Of a stretch of DNA of 64,000 nt, positions 36,298 through 55,378 are shown piece after piece. The number at the start of each line of letters is the position of its first letter. The first letter of the stretch is position 1. The notes under the pieces were generated by a model. That model was not told the DNA's origin. It saw nothing but the letters and a program-made list of their open reading frames with translations, and did no database searches. The translations under genes were made by a program, and so were the position numbers. Where the stretch lies: the NCBI GenBank assembly GCA_030704615.1, contig CM060732.1:54312001-54376000 (forward strand), given 5' to 3'. The stretch comes from Takakia lepidozioides. Taxonomy: Eukaryota; Plantae; Bryophyta.

Positions 36298-36685
36298 TGT
36301 AACAGACTAGGTTAGTATGCCTAGGTTAGTGGCTAAGCAAGGCTGAAGACAGAAAGCCATAACAGAAGCTGAAGAGACTTATGGCTAAGCAAGAGAAAGT
36401 AACAGTCAGAATGGCAAAGGCCAAGTGTTAGGCCTTTGGATAACAAGGGAATACCAAAGGGTATCTTAGAGCAAGGGGGGGGAGTTCTTGGGGAGTATTT
36501 AGGAAGACCTGGTGTGACACTCTAGAGGAGGACACGGGCCTGCAGGGCTGAGATCAAAGTAGTCAGTTGATCTTGGTAAACATTCCCTAGCAAGTGGCAA
36601 GTAAGGACTCTAGGTTGGGTGGTGAACTTGCTTATACAGTGTTTGTGTGGAGATCAGTTTACTATAATAAGACAGGACTGTAACA
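36298..36685 (+). repeat. 5' LTR of the Ty3/gypsy element
   Basis: TGTAACA...TGTAACA (TG..CA ends), followed after 2 nt by the PBS; the left boundary is not confirmed by a second LTR. Confidence 0.75.
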
Positions 36686-36687
36686 TT

Positions 36688-36699
36688 TGGTATCAGAGC
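36688..36699 (+). promoter_or_regulatory. Primer-binding site complementary to tRNA-iMet
   Basis: TGGTATCAGAGC. Confidence 0.92.
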
Positions 36700-39600
36700 C
36701 TAGGTTAGTGGTGGTTGTTGCCTTGGAGGATGGAAAATCCAGAAGATGAGGCACCAGAGAATTCAGGGGGTGATGCACCAGGAATCAAACCTGAATTCAG
36801 TCTGCCCCCACCATTGTTGTTTCAACAAGTTCACTAGGAATTTGTGAGGGTTTATGCTCCAATGATGCGAATCAGCCAAGCTATAGGGCTCGAAAGACAA
36901 GCTGGTCAGGCAGAACCAGTGGGTCGTCGACCTGTGATGAAGGATTTCAATCCACCTCAGTATACAGGCACAGAGTCTGCCGCACGGTGGATGCAGTAGA
37001 GCAATGGCTCTCTAAAATAGAGCAGTGCCTCCAAATGTCTGGTCATGAGTCAGATGAAGCCAAGATTTCAAATGCCGTCATCTATCTATTTGATGGGGCA
37101 CATTGGAGGAAGTTAGGGGCTGATGCTAGACTTCCTGTCACTTGGGCTGATTTTCGTAGGACGTTTGAGTTTAATTTCGTACCACCAGATGAGGAGGGTC
37201 GGAACATTCAAGCTTGGAGGGCCTTAAAACAAGGTGCGTTTAGTGTGCAAACGTATGCTGACAAGTATTGAGAGCATACTTTGAAGTTGCCTCGAGAAGC
37301 TGTGAATGAGTAGGTTCAGGTGACCTTCTTTGTGCAAGGTTTGAGAGATGATATCAGGCCTGATGTATAGAAAACCAGGACATGACCTTACAAGAAGCTA
37401 TAGAGTTAGCACTGATGTATGAAGATGGGCAAAAGGGAAATTGACAAGGTCTGTCAGTGTCCAATGAGGACGGTAGTAAACCCTCTAGACAAGAGGGTAC
37501 CAATCAGGCCAAGGTTGGGTTTAAGAGAAAAGAATCCCCTATGGCTGAGAGGGTGTTTCAAAGATCAACCCTAACACCGGAGCAAAAAGAGAAGGCCAAG
37601 CTCGAAGGTCTTTGTTTTGGGTGCTTAGGGAAGCACCAATGGAAGGATTGCCCACAAAATCACAAGAGGATAGGTACCATGCAGAAACGCAAACAGTAAG
37701 CCCTCAAGCTATGAGTGGTATCCGCAAGCCTTGTTTGGTGAGCATGAAGAAGACAGTGGCAGGAGCTGCTGATTGTTTTCTATCCCAGGAAGCAAGTCAG
37801 GGATATTAATTCGATTCTGCTCATCCTGTAAAAATGATCGGAGAAGTGGCTGGAGAGAGGTCATTGTCTTGTTTGACACAGGTTCAACGCACAATGTGAT
37901 CAGTTCTCGGATGATTAAGAAACTCCATCTTCCCATGGAACCTTCTCAATACCAATATACCGTAGAGATGGTTGATGGGAAAGGAACTGAGATATGGGAT
38001 AAATGGATCCATAGTCTCCAGTTGACCATTCAAGAGTATTGTGAGAACCTGAGCTTTGAAATTACCAAGCTGGCCAGATATGACTTGGTGACAGGCAAAG
38101 CATGGCATGCCCAAAAGAAGCCGATCATTGATTTCAACACCCATGTGTATCAGTTCCAGCATAATGGTAGGACCCTGGTAGGACCACTTTGATTCGGGGG
38201 GAGAGAGATTTGCCGGATACACCATCAATCACAGCCATGCAACCTCACCAAAAAGGTTATAAGTATGTAAACCTATGTTTTTTGCAAGAGGTGTTAGAAG
38301 AACATACTGATACAACTTCAGAAAGTCCGAATGCATCATCTAGTTGGGCTCATAGAATTCAGGCTGAATTCTCAGATGTGTTCTGTTCTGAGCTACCAAG
38401 TATATTACCTCCGAAAAGAAATGTGGAGCATAGAATTGAGCTTATTCCAGGGTCTAGTCCTGTGTGTAGACCTCCTTATAGGACCAGTTTTAAAGAAGAA
38501 AAGGTGGTTGAAGGTATGCTAGAGGAGTATTTAAGGTTAGGTCATGTTCGACCAAGTTATTCTCCATTTGCTGCTCCAGTTCTGTTGGTTCCTAAGAAGG
38601 ATGGGTTGTACAGGATGTGTATTGACTACCGAGGATTGAACAAGATTACTGTTAAACACCGTTACCCAATGCCGCGTATCGGTGATTTGATGGATGCCTT
38701 GCATGGAGCTTCCGTCTTCAGTAAGATTGACTTAAAGAGTGGGTACCATCAAATCAGGATACGAGAAGAGGATGTGTTTAAAACAGCCTTTCGGACAAGA
38801 TTTGGTCACTATGAGTTTTTGGTTATAATGCCATTTGGGTTAACCAATGCTCCATCAACATTCATGATGCTCATGAATGATATTTTGAGACCTTTCATTG
38901 GTAAGTTTGCAGTGGATTTTGTTTTTTATTCTTGTTTACAGTAGAACGATTGAGGATCATGTTGGTCACCTTCGTCAAGTTTTGATTACATTACGAGAAG
39001 CTAAACTTTACGCGAATACAGTGTGTTTTGTTCAAACTAGAGGTGGAGTATCTTGGGCATATAGTGTCAGTAAAGGGAGTAAGAATGGATCCCAAGAAGG
39101 TGGAAGTTATACTCCAATGGCCTAGGCCCCTTGGGGTAACACGTTTGAAGTCTTTTTTGGGGTTGGCTGGGTTCTATCAGACATATGTTGAGAATTACTC
39201 AAAGATAGCAGCCCCAATGACTGATTTGTTACAAGGTAACAGGGGATTTGATTGGACTGAAGTACAACAATTTTTTTTTGATCTAATGAAGCATGTAGTT
39301 GCTACTGCACCTGTACTAGCAATTGTAGATCCTCAGAAACATTTTGTAGTGGAAACAGATGCAAGTGGCATAACAATTGGTGCTGTTCTCAGTCAAGAGG
39401 GTAGGCCAATCGCTTTTCAAAGTAGGAAATGAATCCAGCCCAACGACGATATCCCACTCATGAGCAAGAGTTATATGCGATAATCTATGCTTTAAAGGTA
39501 TGGAGGCATTATCTATATGGGGCACTATTCACAGTTTATACGGATCACAAGACCCTTATTTAACCAGCCTGATCTCTCGGGACGTCAAGCTAGATGGTCA

Positions 39601-40339
39601 GAATTGATGCAGGAATTTCACATGTAAATTCTATTTAGGAAGGGTAAGGAGAACGTGGTCGCTGATGCACTATCTCAGATTATGTATCAGATAAGTTTTA
39701 CCGTAATAGAAAGCACTCTTATTGATGAAATAAGAGTAGCCCAAGACAAGGATGAATATATCCAGGCAGTGTGGATATATTCACAAACACACTATTGGTC
39801 ACAATATGTAAAATCCCAAATTGGTACTTGACAACGAAAGAAAATAATGATTTGATTCTTGTGGGGTGCATTTCTACATATTATAGAAAGAAGCAGACAA
39901 CAAGATGTTCAGATATGCAAAACATTGTTATCCTCTATCTCCCCCGCTTGTTTTTAAGTCTTGTGAGCATTAACTTAACATAGGACCTAGTGTGTGATAA
40001 CTAGCTGGGTAAGGGCATGGTGACTAGCAGCAAGGTTTTTGGCGCTCTATCCCCAACAACACATTTCTGCACTTCAAAATAGTGACCCTCACCAAATTTC
40101 GTCCCACTCCCACACTATTACAACGTGCTTGGAGAGCGGCATTCTCCTGCATTGCAACCACAAGATCCGCTGCCTTGACAACAAGTCCTTGGTTAAATGA
40201 ACTAAAAGATTCTTCTTGCTGCCGCCTCGGGTGGCGGGGCCCACGGCCACTGATCTATCACCTCAGCCTCACGCTATTACTATATATATATATATATATA
40301 GATCGTAACTTGTCACACAGTGGCTAGCTGACCACTTTC

Positions 40340-40760
40340 AATCTTACGTTTATTGAGGATTAGGGATGTGAGTGATGTAATAGCCGTGAAATGCAAGGCT
40401 CGTAGTAGAGGTGTAGTGTATTTGGGTGGTAGTCTTTCAAACCATGGATATTATGGGTATGAACACCGCCCCTGAGACCCGCAGTGATGACGGTCAATGG
40501 TGCCGTATTCCAGCCTCGCTGACGGAGGGCATGTATGATTGGGTCATATTTTTCGTGTTTGTACATAAGTGATTGATTTCGATTTCGATCATGGCAGGAT
40601 GCGAATTCCAAAAAATATATTTTGAGAGATGGAAGCGGTCCTGTCGATGGCAATGCCAGTACATGAAGTCCCTGGACTAGCAAAATATCTGGGCATAACG
40701 CCATTACTATAATATCATGGCGGGTTGCTATTGGGGCTCTCGCCAGCCCACGCACTATCT
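40340..40760 (-). mobile_element. Relic of a non-LTR retrotransposon C-terminal restriction-like endonuclease (RLE) domain
   Basis: RHD...PDILLVQG...IYFLEF..C.D......KHEKYDPII.AL..RGW....VITAGLRG matches the PD-(D/E)xK RLE pattern. Confidence 0.65.
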
Positions 40761-41499
40761 AGCTTGTGTGCCTAACCATATACCTCACTAAAATAGTGGT
40801 AGAGCGGCAATTTAGTGAACGACTGCTGGTCATGCTCTTAGAATATATGCTTAATAGATGTGAATTTTGGCATGTCGACCAGCACGATTGAAAGAAAATT
40901 TCCATATAGACAGATGACAAAATAAATCTTCATCTTAAAATAACTAAATCAGTTTATGAATTTAAACAATATGAAATTGTATTTTTCTGAAAATACCTCA
41001 ATATATGGCTCACAATTAGATCACATTTGAACCAATGCCCAAAATTACCAATGTAAATCTGGTGTTGCATAAGCAACCATAAATCAATATTTATTGCTTT
41101 TAAGTTGTCTAGTCACGTTTCACAATATCATTATGTATCAACTATAATTGAAACCAATTAATGTAGTAATTGTGCTTTTACATAATATGTTAATACTAAA
41201 AACAACTTCATTTATATGGAGGACCCAACACGTGACTAGCCGCTTGTTTGGAAGTGGTTATTTTATCTCCACAACACATTTTTGCAGTCATGGGAACATA
41301 TTGAACATTAGATCAACTAGTGTGTGACGAGAACAAGATTCCAAATCCAGCAACAAGAATCCATGAAAGCATAGTGCAGGTAGGGAATGCGATTAAAGAA
41401 TGTACATATATACAGCGTTGGCAGCCTATGTTACACTGCCTTCCTACCTCTGGCAGCGAGATTTTTGCAATAGACCATAATTCGGTACTGAACAAGTTT

Positions 41500-43583
41500 C
41501 TCAATACTCTCCAACTGATGTGTTTAACATGGATGAAACTGGACTTTTCTACAAACTCGAACCCAACAAAACTCTGGCGACTAAACGTTTGAGTGGAAAG
41601 AAAGAATTCAAAGAACGCATTACCGTTTCTTTGACATCAAATGCAAACGAGAATGTTAAACTATCTCCATTTCTCATCAACAAATTAGATAAGCCTCATG
41701 CATTTACACGTAGGCATATTACATGTCTGGAAAATTTAGGTATCTTGTGGTCCAGCAAAAAAATGCATGGATGACCATTCCTTTAGTTGAGAAATTTTTA
41801 CTCGACTTTGAAAGAATGATGCGACTAGCTAGCAAAGAAATTTTGCTATAAGCCCTTCTAAATATCTCTTTTCAGCAAACACCAGTCATACTTCGTAGTT
41901 TCCTCTGCACGTAGCTTACTTTGACACCAGATAATATTCTGGTTGGACAGCGTCTTTAACCCGTCTTTAAAGGGGCCGAAGCTCACAAAATTCTCCCGCA
42001 GTGTTTCCATAAAATAGCTATCTTCGTAAAATGCCGTCAACCTCATGTGAAGAGTTTCTAAGACGTCTTAAACCGCCAACAGCTTGGGATTGAAAGCTTT
42101 GAAGTCGTTCCAATACATGAAATGGTCTTTCCAGAACATCGCTTCTTCCATACCATACGGTTTGCCATCAAACTTGGACTCCAATTTCTTTACCCATGTC
42201 TTCAGCGGTTTAGTCCCAAAGCCAGGGGCCTTCATTGACACCAACATAGTACCCTCCTTGAAAGACTCTCCTAGTTGCGATCAGTTGGCTTGAGAGTTCA
42301 TGAACTTAGTTGAAGTATCAAACTCTGATAACACGTCTGCCGTATTGAGCAATTTCACAGGAGAATTACCGAAGGAGTAAACAACCGTGCTATGATTAAT
42401 TCTAGGTTAATTATAAATAATCGTAAGCCCTAGAAATTCAGACAGACTTCATGGTTATATTGCGTACATGAGGCCAAACCAAAACTTCTCCGTTAGATTT
42501 TTGTGCTGTAACATACAACGTGCATCGTGCACCAATGACGATAAGTCGCAAAGAGGCTCAGTAACCTCCGTTGGATCCTAGCATGATACCAACAAATATA
42601 TGATCAATGAGCAAGCAATTCCCGGGGACCTTCCTCTCACAAGTTGTTTCTTAATTCAAATCAACAATTCTGAATACTGCACCCCGGTCTTGAGCACATC
42701 TAAAGATCCAGGTCTAGATCAAAATAAATCAGGTTAAACATTACATGATCAAGTCCTAACTCGTTAGCCATTGGACAATTCAAGTATTTTGAATGTACCT
42801 GGACAACTTTTCTGGGGCATAAGGCAGTGAATATTGATGAGCAATTACGCATTACCACCATCGATTGTTATGTTGCCTCATAATACCACTAGTAAGTGGC
42901 AACCAACGAACACTGGAATCATCAAGTGTTTCAAGGCTCATTACATGAGGTTTTTCCATTATCATCAGATTGATGCTTTGATGGATAATAGAGATCATTC
43001 TCTTTATGTGTACCAAGCTCTGGTTATGCTTGAAAAAACATGGAGTATTTCGGTGGATTCTGATATGATCAGATATTGTTGGCGGCACTGCGGTTTGTTT
43101 TGTTTGCCCAATTTATATGAGAATGAGGGCGATAATTCTATCAGACAGACTTCTGAAATTGTTACTGAGGAGGTTGACATATTGTTAGGACGCTTTGCGG
43201 AGGTCTCATTCAATCACAATAGAGATGCCCTACATGGATGTTTGAGAATATGTCGAGTTTGAAGTTCAATGCGATTTGAATGAGCCATTTGAGCCAACTG
43301 ATGAGGAGATTTGGGATATGATCATCCCCAGTGAAGAAATTTGAGAGGATAAAGAAGAAGACTTACTGGTTTCAGATGTACTGTTGATTTCGATTTCAGT
43401 TTCCGTTTTTTGAGATGAAAGCAGCTTTAGAAATTGTGCATTTATACCTTGCACAACAACCTTTTGATACTAGTACTTCGCTCTCAAACTGTCTCTCCAT
43501 AGAGAAAAGATGTTTGTTGTGCTAGGCAGTCAAACTGCCCGCAAATGGACATTACTTCTTATTTTCAATCCTCTAATGAATAA
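41500..43583 (+). pseudogene. pogo/Tigger-like (DDE_1) transposase pseudogene, interrupted at 41851-42795
   Basis: FNMDETGLFYK...KERITV...NAWMT...KEILL/YLDNFSGH; LPHNTTSKWQPTNTGIIKCFKAHY; IRYCWRHCG; C-terminal QMDITSYF. Confidence 0.88.
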
Positions 43584-44613
43584 ATATTGTAATGTTTGAT
43601 TGAAGAAATTCTATATGTAGTGAAGGCTCTATATACTAAACCCTAAACCTTTTGAACTGTTATTTTTTATGGGTTTGACCTGCTGTATTGTTTTCTTCTC
43701 AAACGTCACTATGTCTTGGATTTTGACCTCAATTTGTGTTATCTGATATATCTATATAAATACTATACTATTTGTGCTCTATAGGCATAACAATTATCCA
43801 AGGTCGTTTGTATTGATAAAATTCCTCGTTTTGGGCCTACCACCTTAGGTAGACAGGCTATTCCATCCCGTCAACTCAGCAGTGCTAGCCTCAGGGATCA
43901 AACACAATGTGGTAGCCATTGTAGTCCCCAAACCTAGCTCCAAATATCTCAGGGAAGGAAGAACAATACCGACAAAGAAGCGAATGGGTCAGATAGAGAC
44001 ATGATTAGAGAGTCCTGTATAGCTTTATAAAAGACCCAAGTGGGGTGACAGTACAAAATGGGTAAAACTATTCCAAAGGGAAGAAGCAAAATCTCATAGA
44101 GCTAGATATAATGGTACATAGAAGTCAAACTGTTGTAGTATCACCTACCTTGAAGAAGGTCAGATAGCAGGAAAGAGGGTGGGTCAGAAAGTGCCAGGAG
44201 GCGAGATGAAGCTGCCCCGGCAACCTCTGCCCGATGCAAAATAAGCTTGAGCCTTTTGTAAAGCAACAGAGACTATCTGTCTAAAGAAAGCTGTAAGAAC
44301 AAAGACATATGGGCTTTCAAGGCATTTGTTTTCAGCTCCGCAGTGGGCACATGATTCCATTCTTGCAGTGACCCCATTCTCGTGACTCTAGTCCCGAACA
44401 TATGACCTTTGTGACGACAAACCAAAAGCTGATGGATGATCATCCATCAGCTGCATTTTGGTAGTTCGCATTCTACGGTATTGTACAGCGTACATACGAG
44501 TATGGTTACGCAGGCCATGTTCTTGAAGGGTCAGAGAGGCCGCCATAGCTCGCGAAAGGGGGCAGTGCACTAGGGATCCCAGGAAGAGCAGGAGACTGCA
44601 GTGACCCTAGGTC

Positions 44614-52016
<7,403 letters not shown>

Positions 52017-53686
52017 GGACCTCTTGTAAATTTCTTTCTTATTTTTGCCACTCCAGGAAGCAGATGGTCAAATCAAATTGTAATCCAGTCGAGAAGGGCT
52101 TGCCATGCATCGGTATCCAGTTTTCCTGGGGCATTTGGCGAGTGATGGTGTTGCCTCCACCCCTAGAGCCTGCTCTCCCAGGAATGATTCATGTTTTTTC
52201 ATCAGTATGCCTTGTCTTGGGAAAGTACAAATGATACGTAAAAACTGTTGAACACCAGTGTCCTGCAAGAAGAGGCTGACAGAGGCTTCTTTGTGTTGGA
52301 GGGGGACTGAGGACTAGCGTTCCTTTGTATTGATTGCACCGAGCAGAGGTTTTGCCTGGGGGACGTACAGACTGGAGTGGACCTCTAGCCTCTAGGGAAG
52401 TCCAATGAGAAAACATAAGCACAAGGTGGAGTACAAATCAGCACTGTGACACGCTGGCAAGACAGTGCCTGCCTCCCCACTTGTACAAGACTTAAACATC
52501 AATCAAATTGTTGCTTGACTATCATTGATGAAAGGGATTCCAGATGGTGATGCGAACAAAGAGGTCTGTGAAAGGGACAAGATTGCAGGCTGCCTTTCAC
52601 TATGCTATCCTCGTCTTGTCCTCAAACTTCTTGAGGACTTGAGCACCTTTGCACATGCACAAGAGTCTACAGGACACCATCCATTGGGAAGTATACATGG
52701 AACAATATACCCTCAAGTGCGCATGGCTCCTGTGAGTAGGGAGAATGGTGAAAGCTGTATGTATCAGACTTCGCTTGTCATACTTCGTGTCCCCTGTGAG
52801 AGAGATCATCAGATATACCTCGTGGCCTACTTAATTGAATAGCTTGTGACATTGATCTAAGTGCAACATCTTGCCTTCTCTTTTATCTGGATATCCAGCA
52901 ATCATGGCCGTGGCTGCAGCTGATCTGTAGACTGATTTCTGGGACTTCAACTAGGTCTCAGTTGAACATTGTCCTCCAGAGATAAACTCTTCAGATAAAG
53001 AGAACAAGCAACAAACATGCTGGGTTGTGAATTCCTGCAACAAACTTATTTTAATGGAGAACAGTTCAGTTTGCACATTGAATAAGAGTTGTGGAGCTTG
53101 CGAAGACTGAGGCTGTGGCTTTTCTGATCAAGCAAAAGCTTAGTGCATTCATGACATATCACATTGTCAATGAGTCGCCCTCTGGACTTTGACATAAAAC
53201 CAGAGTAAAACAGGGTAGTTACTAAGGCAGAAAATGGTATTTGAAATCACCTCGCTCCTCCAAATGACGAACATCTTGTTATCAGCATCACAAGCAGTGG
53301 TGTAAACATTGAGACATGCACAGGCATGTAGAGAGCATTCTCGGCATGATGTGATTTATGGATGCAATCTGGCTGAGCTTGGTACCCTGGCTAAAGGAGA
53401 GTTGGTAAGTCAGTGTTCCTTGTGGACTATACCCTTGAAAGGTTATATTACTACGATCATAATGCAAAGGCTTTACATATGTACTGGACTCTATAACACA
53501 ACACAATTGATCAACTTGCAGGTGACAATAGGCCATACCTAGAGGTTCTCCAGTACCTCAAGAATTTAACTGTTTTCCATAATAATTTGACTGATGATCA
53601 TTGATGTCAAGGCAGTACTTTGAAATGATTAGACTTTCTTTGCTTCTGTTTGAAGTGCAGGATTTGTTTTCCTGTTGCATCTTTCA

Positions 53687-55125
53687 TCACTAATCCCCAC
53701 AAGAACCAACCCTGCCTTGGAAATGGTGAAAGCTGGCATCCCATACTACAATTGCTCACCCCACAATTTCTGAGATGAAATTTGGTGGTCGTGTGGCAGT
53801 CATTACAAACCACAAGGTTTTCTTATGATGCGGATAGGCATCCTCAGGGGCATCATGTACAAAGATATCCAGCCTCCTTCATCTGTCCCAAGACAAATTG
53901 TTCAGCTCACCGTGGCTTTCAACAATTGCCATGCAGTTATGCACGTGGTTGCCACCCGCAATGCAGCTCTGCCCTGGCTTATTTCGGACACCTCTGTCGT
54001 ACATCATTTTACTCACCTTAGCTGTATTACTCCACCTGCCAGCTGCAGCATAGACCATAACAGAACGTAAGTTGCAGTGTGCTTTGGATCCCTTAGTAAG
54101 GCATTCAAATGTATGTGCTGCCTCCTTCACGTTGCCATGAATCCTGCAGGCGTCAAGTAAGCCTTCCACAGCAGAAACTGGTTTGATCGGCTGTTGTTAA
54201 TTAAAGTCCTCCACCTCATCCAGTTGCTCCACCTAGCCAAGGTCCACCATGCAGCCAAAATGCCCCACTGTGGGAGACAGGGCATGTACTTTGACACATG
54301 CATGAAAGTAGTGGGTGGCTTCCTTCAGTAGCCCACATGGATACATACAGAGAATGCACATGAAGGTGATACCATTTGGCTTCACATTTAAGTGAAATAT
54401 TTGGAGAGCCTACTTACCACAAACCTGATGAGTATATCCTGCAATTAAGGCACGCCCTGCGACCTAGTCTTCTTCAGCATTTTGTCAAACACTTGCGAAT
54501 GTGTAGGGTCCAGCCTCGCCCCTCGGCCAGTACGTGGTCCTCGGCCCTAGGTCTCGGGCTGCGCCCGCCTCGAACCACGTAATGGCCTTGGCGAGGCTTT
54601 ACCCTGCGTAAAGAAGCGAATACGTCGTGCGTTGTATCTCGTGCAATCTGATTGGCCAGGAATAATCCCATATCGATTGCCCGTATTCAGCACCCTGTAT
54701 AGTATATAAACGGGGGTGAGCTGCTAGGGAATGGAGGATGCGCCTATGGATGAGAACGCATCCAGATTTGTAGTATGTTATATTTCGGGGAGGACATTAT
54801 ACATGCACAATGTACTCCCCGAAATGTGACATACTTATCCTAAAATTTGTCCAAATAAGCGAACTCAAACTATGAAGGAAAAAAGGGATGAGGTTCTTTA
54901 AGTTCGCGCATTTGGCATACACGGCAGCAAGGGCCGTCTCCAGAATGATGTTGGGTGCAATTCCAGCTTTGAGGATGTCAGCATTGACCCCTTTGGCGCA
55001 TTCTAGGGCTGCCAGGCTCCCACAGGCATTGGGAACACAAATGAACATGACATAGTTAGGTGTCACCCCTTCCTGTATCATTTGCTCATACATCTCGAAA
55101 GCCTCCCTACCAAACACCCAGCCTT
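53687..55125 (-). pseudogene. Degenerate PLS-E-DYW PPR gene with a ~500-bp insertion (~54385-54890)
   Basis: GREAFEMYEQMIQEGVTPN..., LETALAAVYAKC, LLDACRIHGN, KPGQSCI, VCNDCHTTTKF, terminal CGD*; deletions and frameshifts. Confidence 0.88.
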
Positions 55126-55378
55126 GACACTGAGTCGTTCTTTGAGGCACGATGTGCAGTCCAACAACAGGCATAAACTAGAAGCTAAACCCGATTCCCA
55201 CTGCCATAGGGGACATACGACACTTTGGGGCTGAGTTTCCACTTCATGGTGGGTTATGCAACAAAGGAAATGCCCTCAACAATACATCAAGGCTGACATA
55301 TGCAGGGGTGAATGAAACCAGCAGCTACATACACTTGAATGAAGCAAGACACTCACACCTCAGAAGAAATACATAGTT

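Larger units (their letters stand above)
36298..39770 (+). mobile_element. Degenerate Ty3/gypsy LTR retrotransposon (gag-PR-RT-RNase H), 3'-truncated before integrase
   Basis: Gag W..F...F and knuckle CFGCLGKHQWKDC; protease LFDTGSTHN; [48 protein letters not shown] (YxDD destroyed); RNase H VETDASG..IGAVLSQ; many stops and frameshifts; no 3' LTR seen. Confidence 0.93.

Noticed and set aside
39770-44400. Integrase and 3' LTR of the gypsy element
   Set aside because: Not found; homology ends shortly after RNase H
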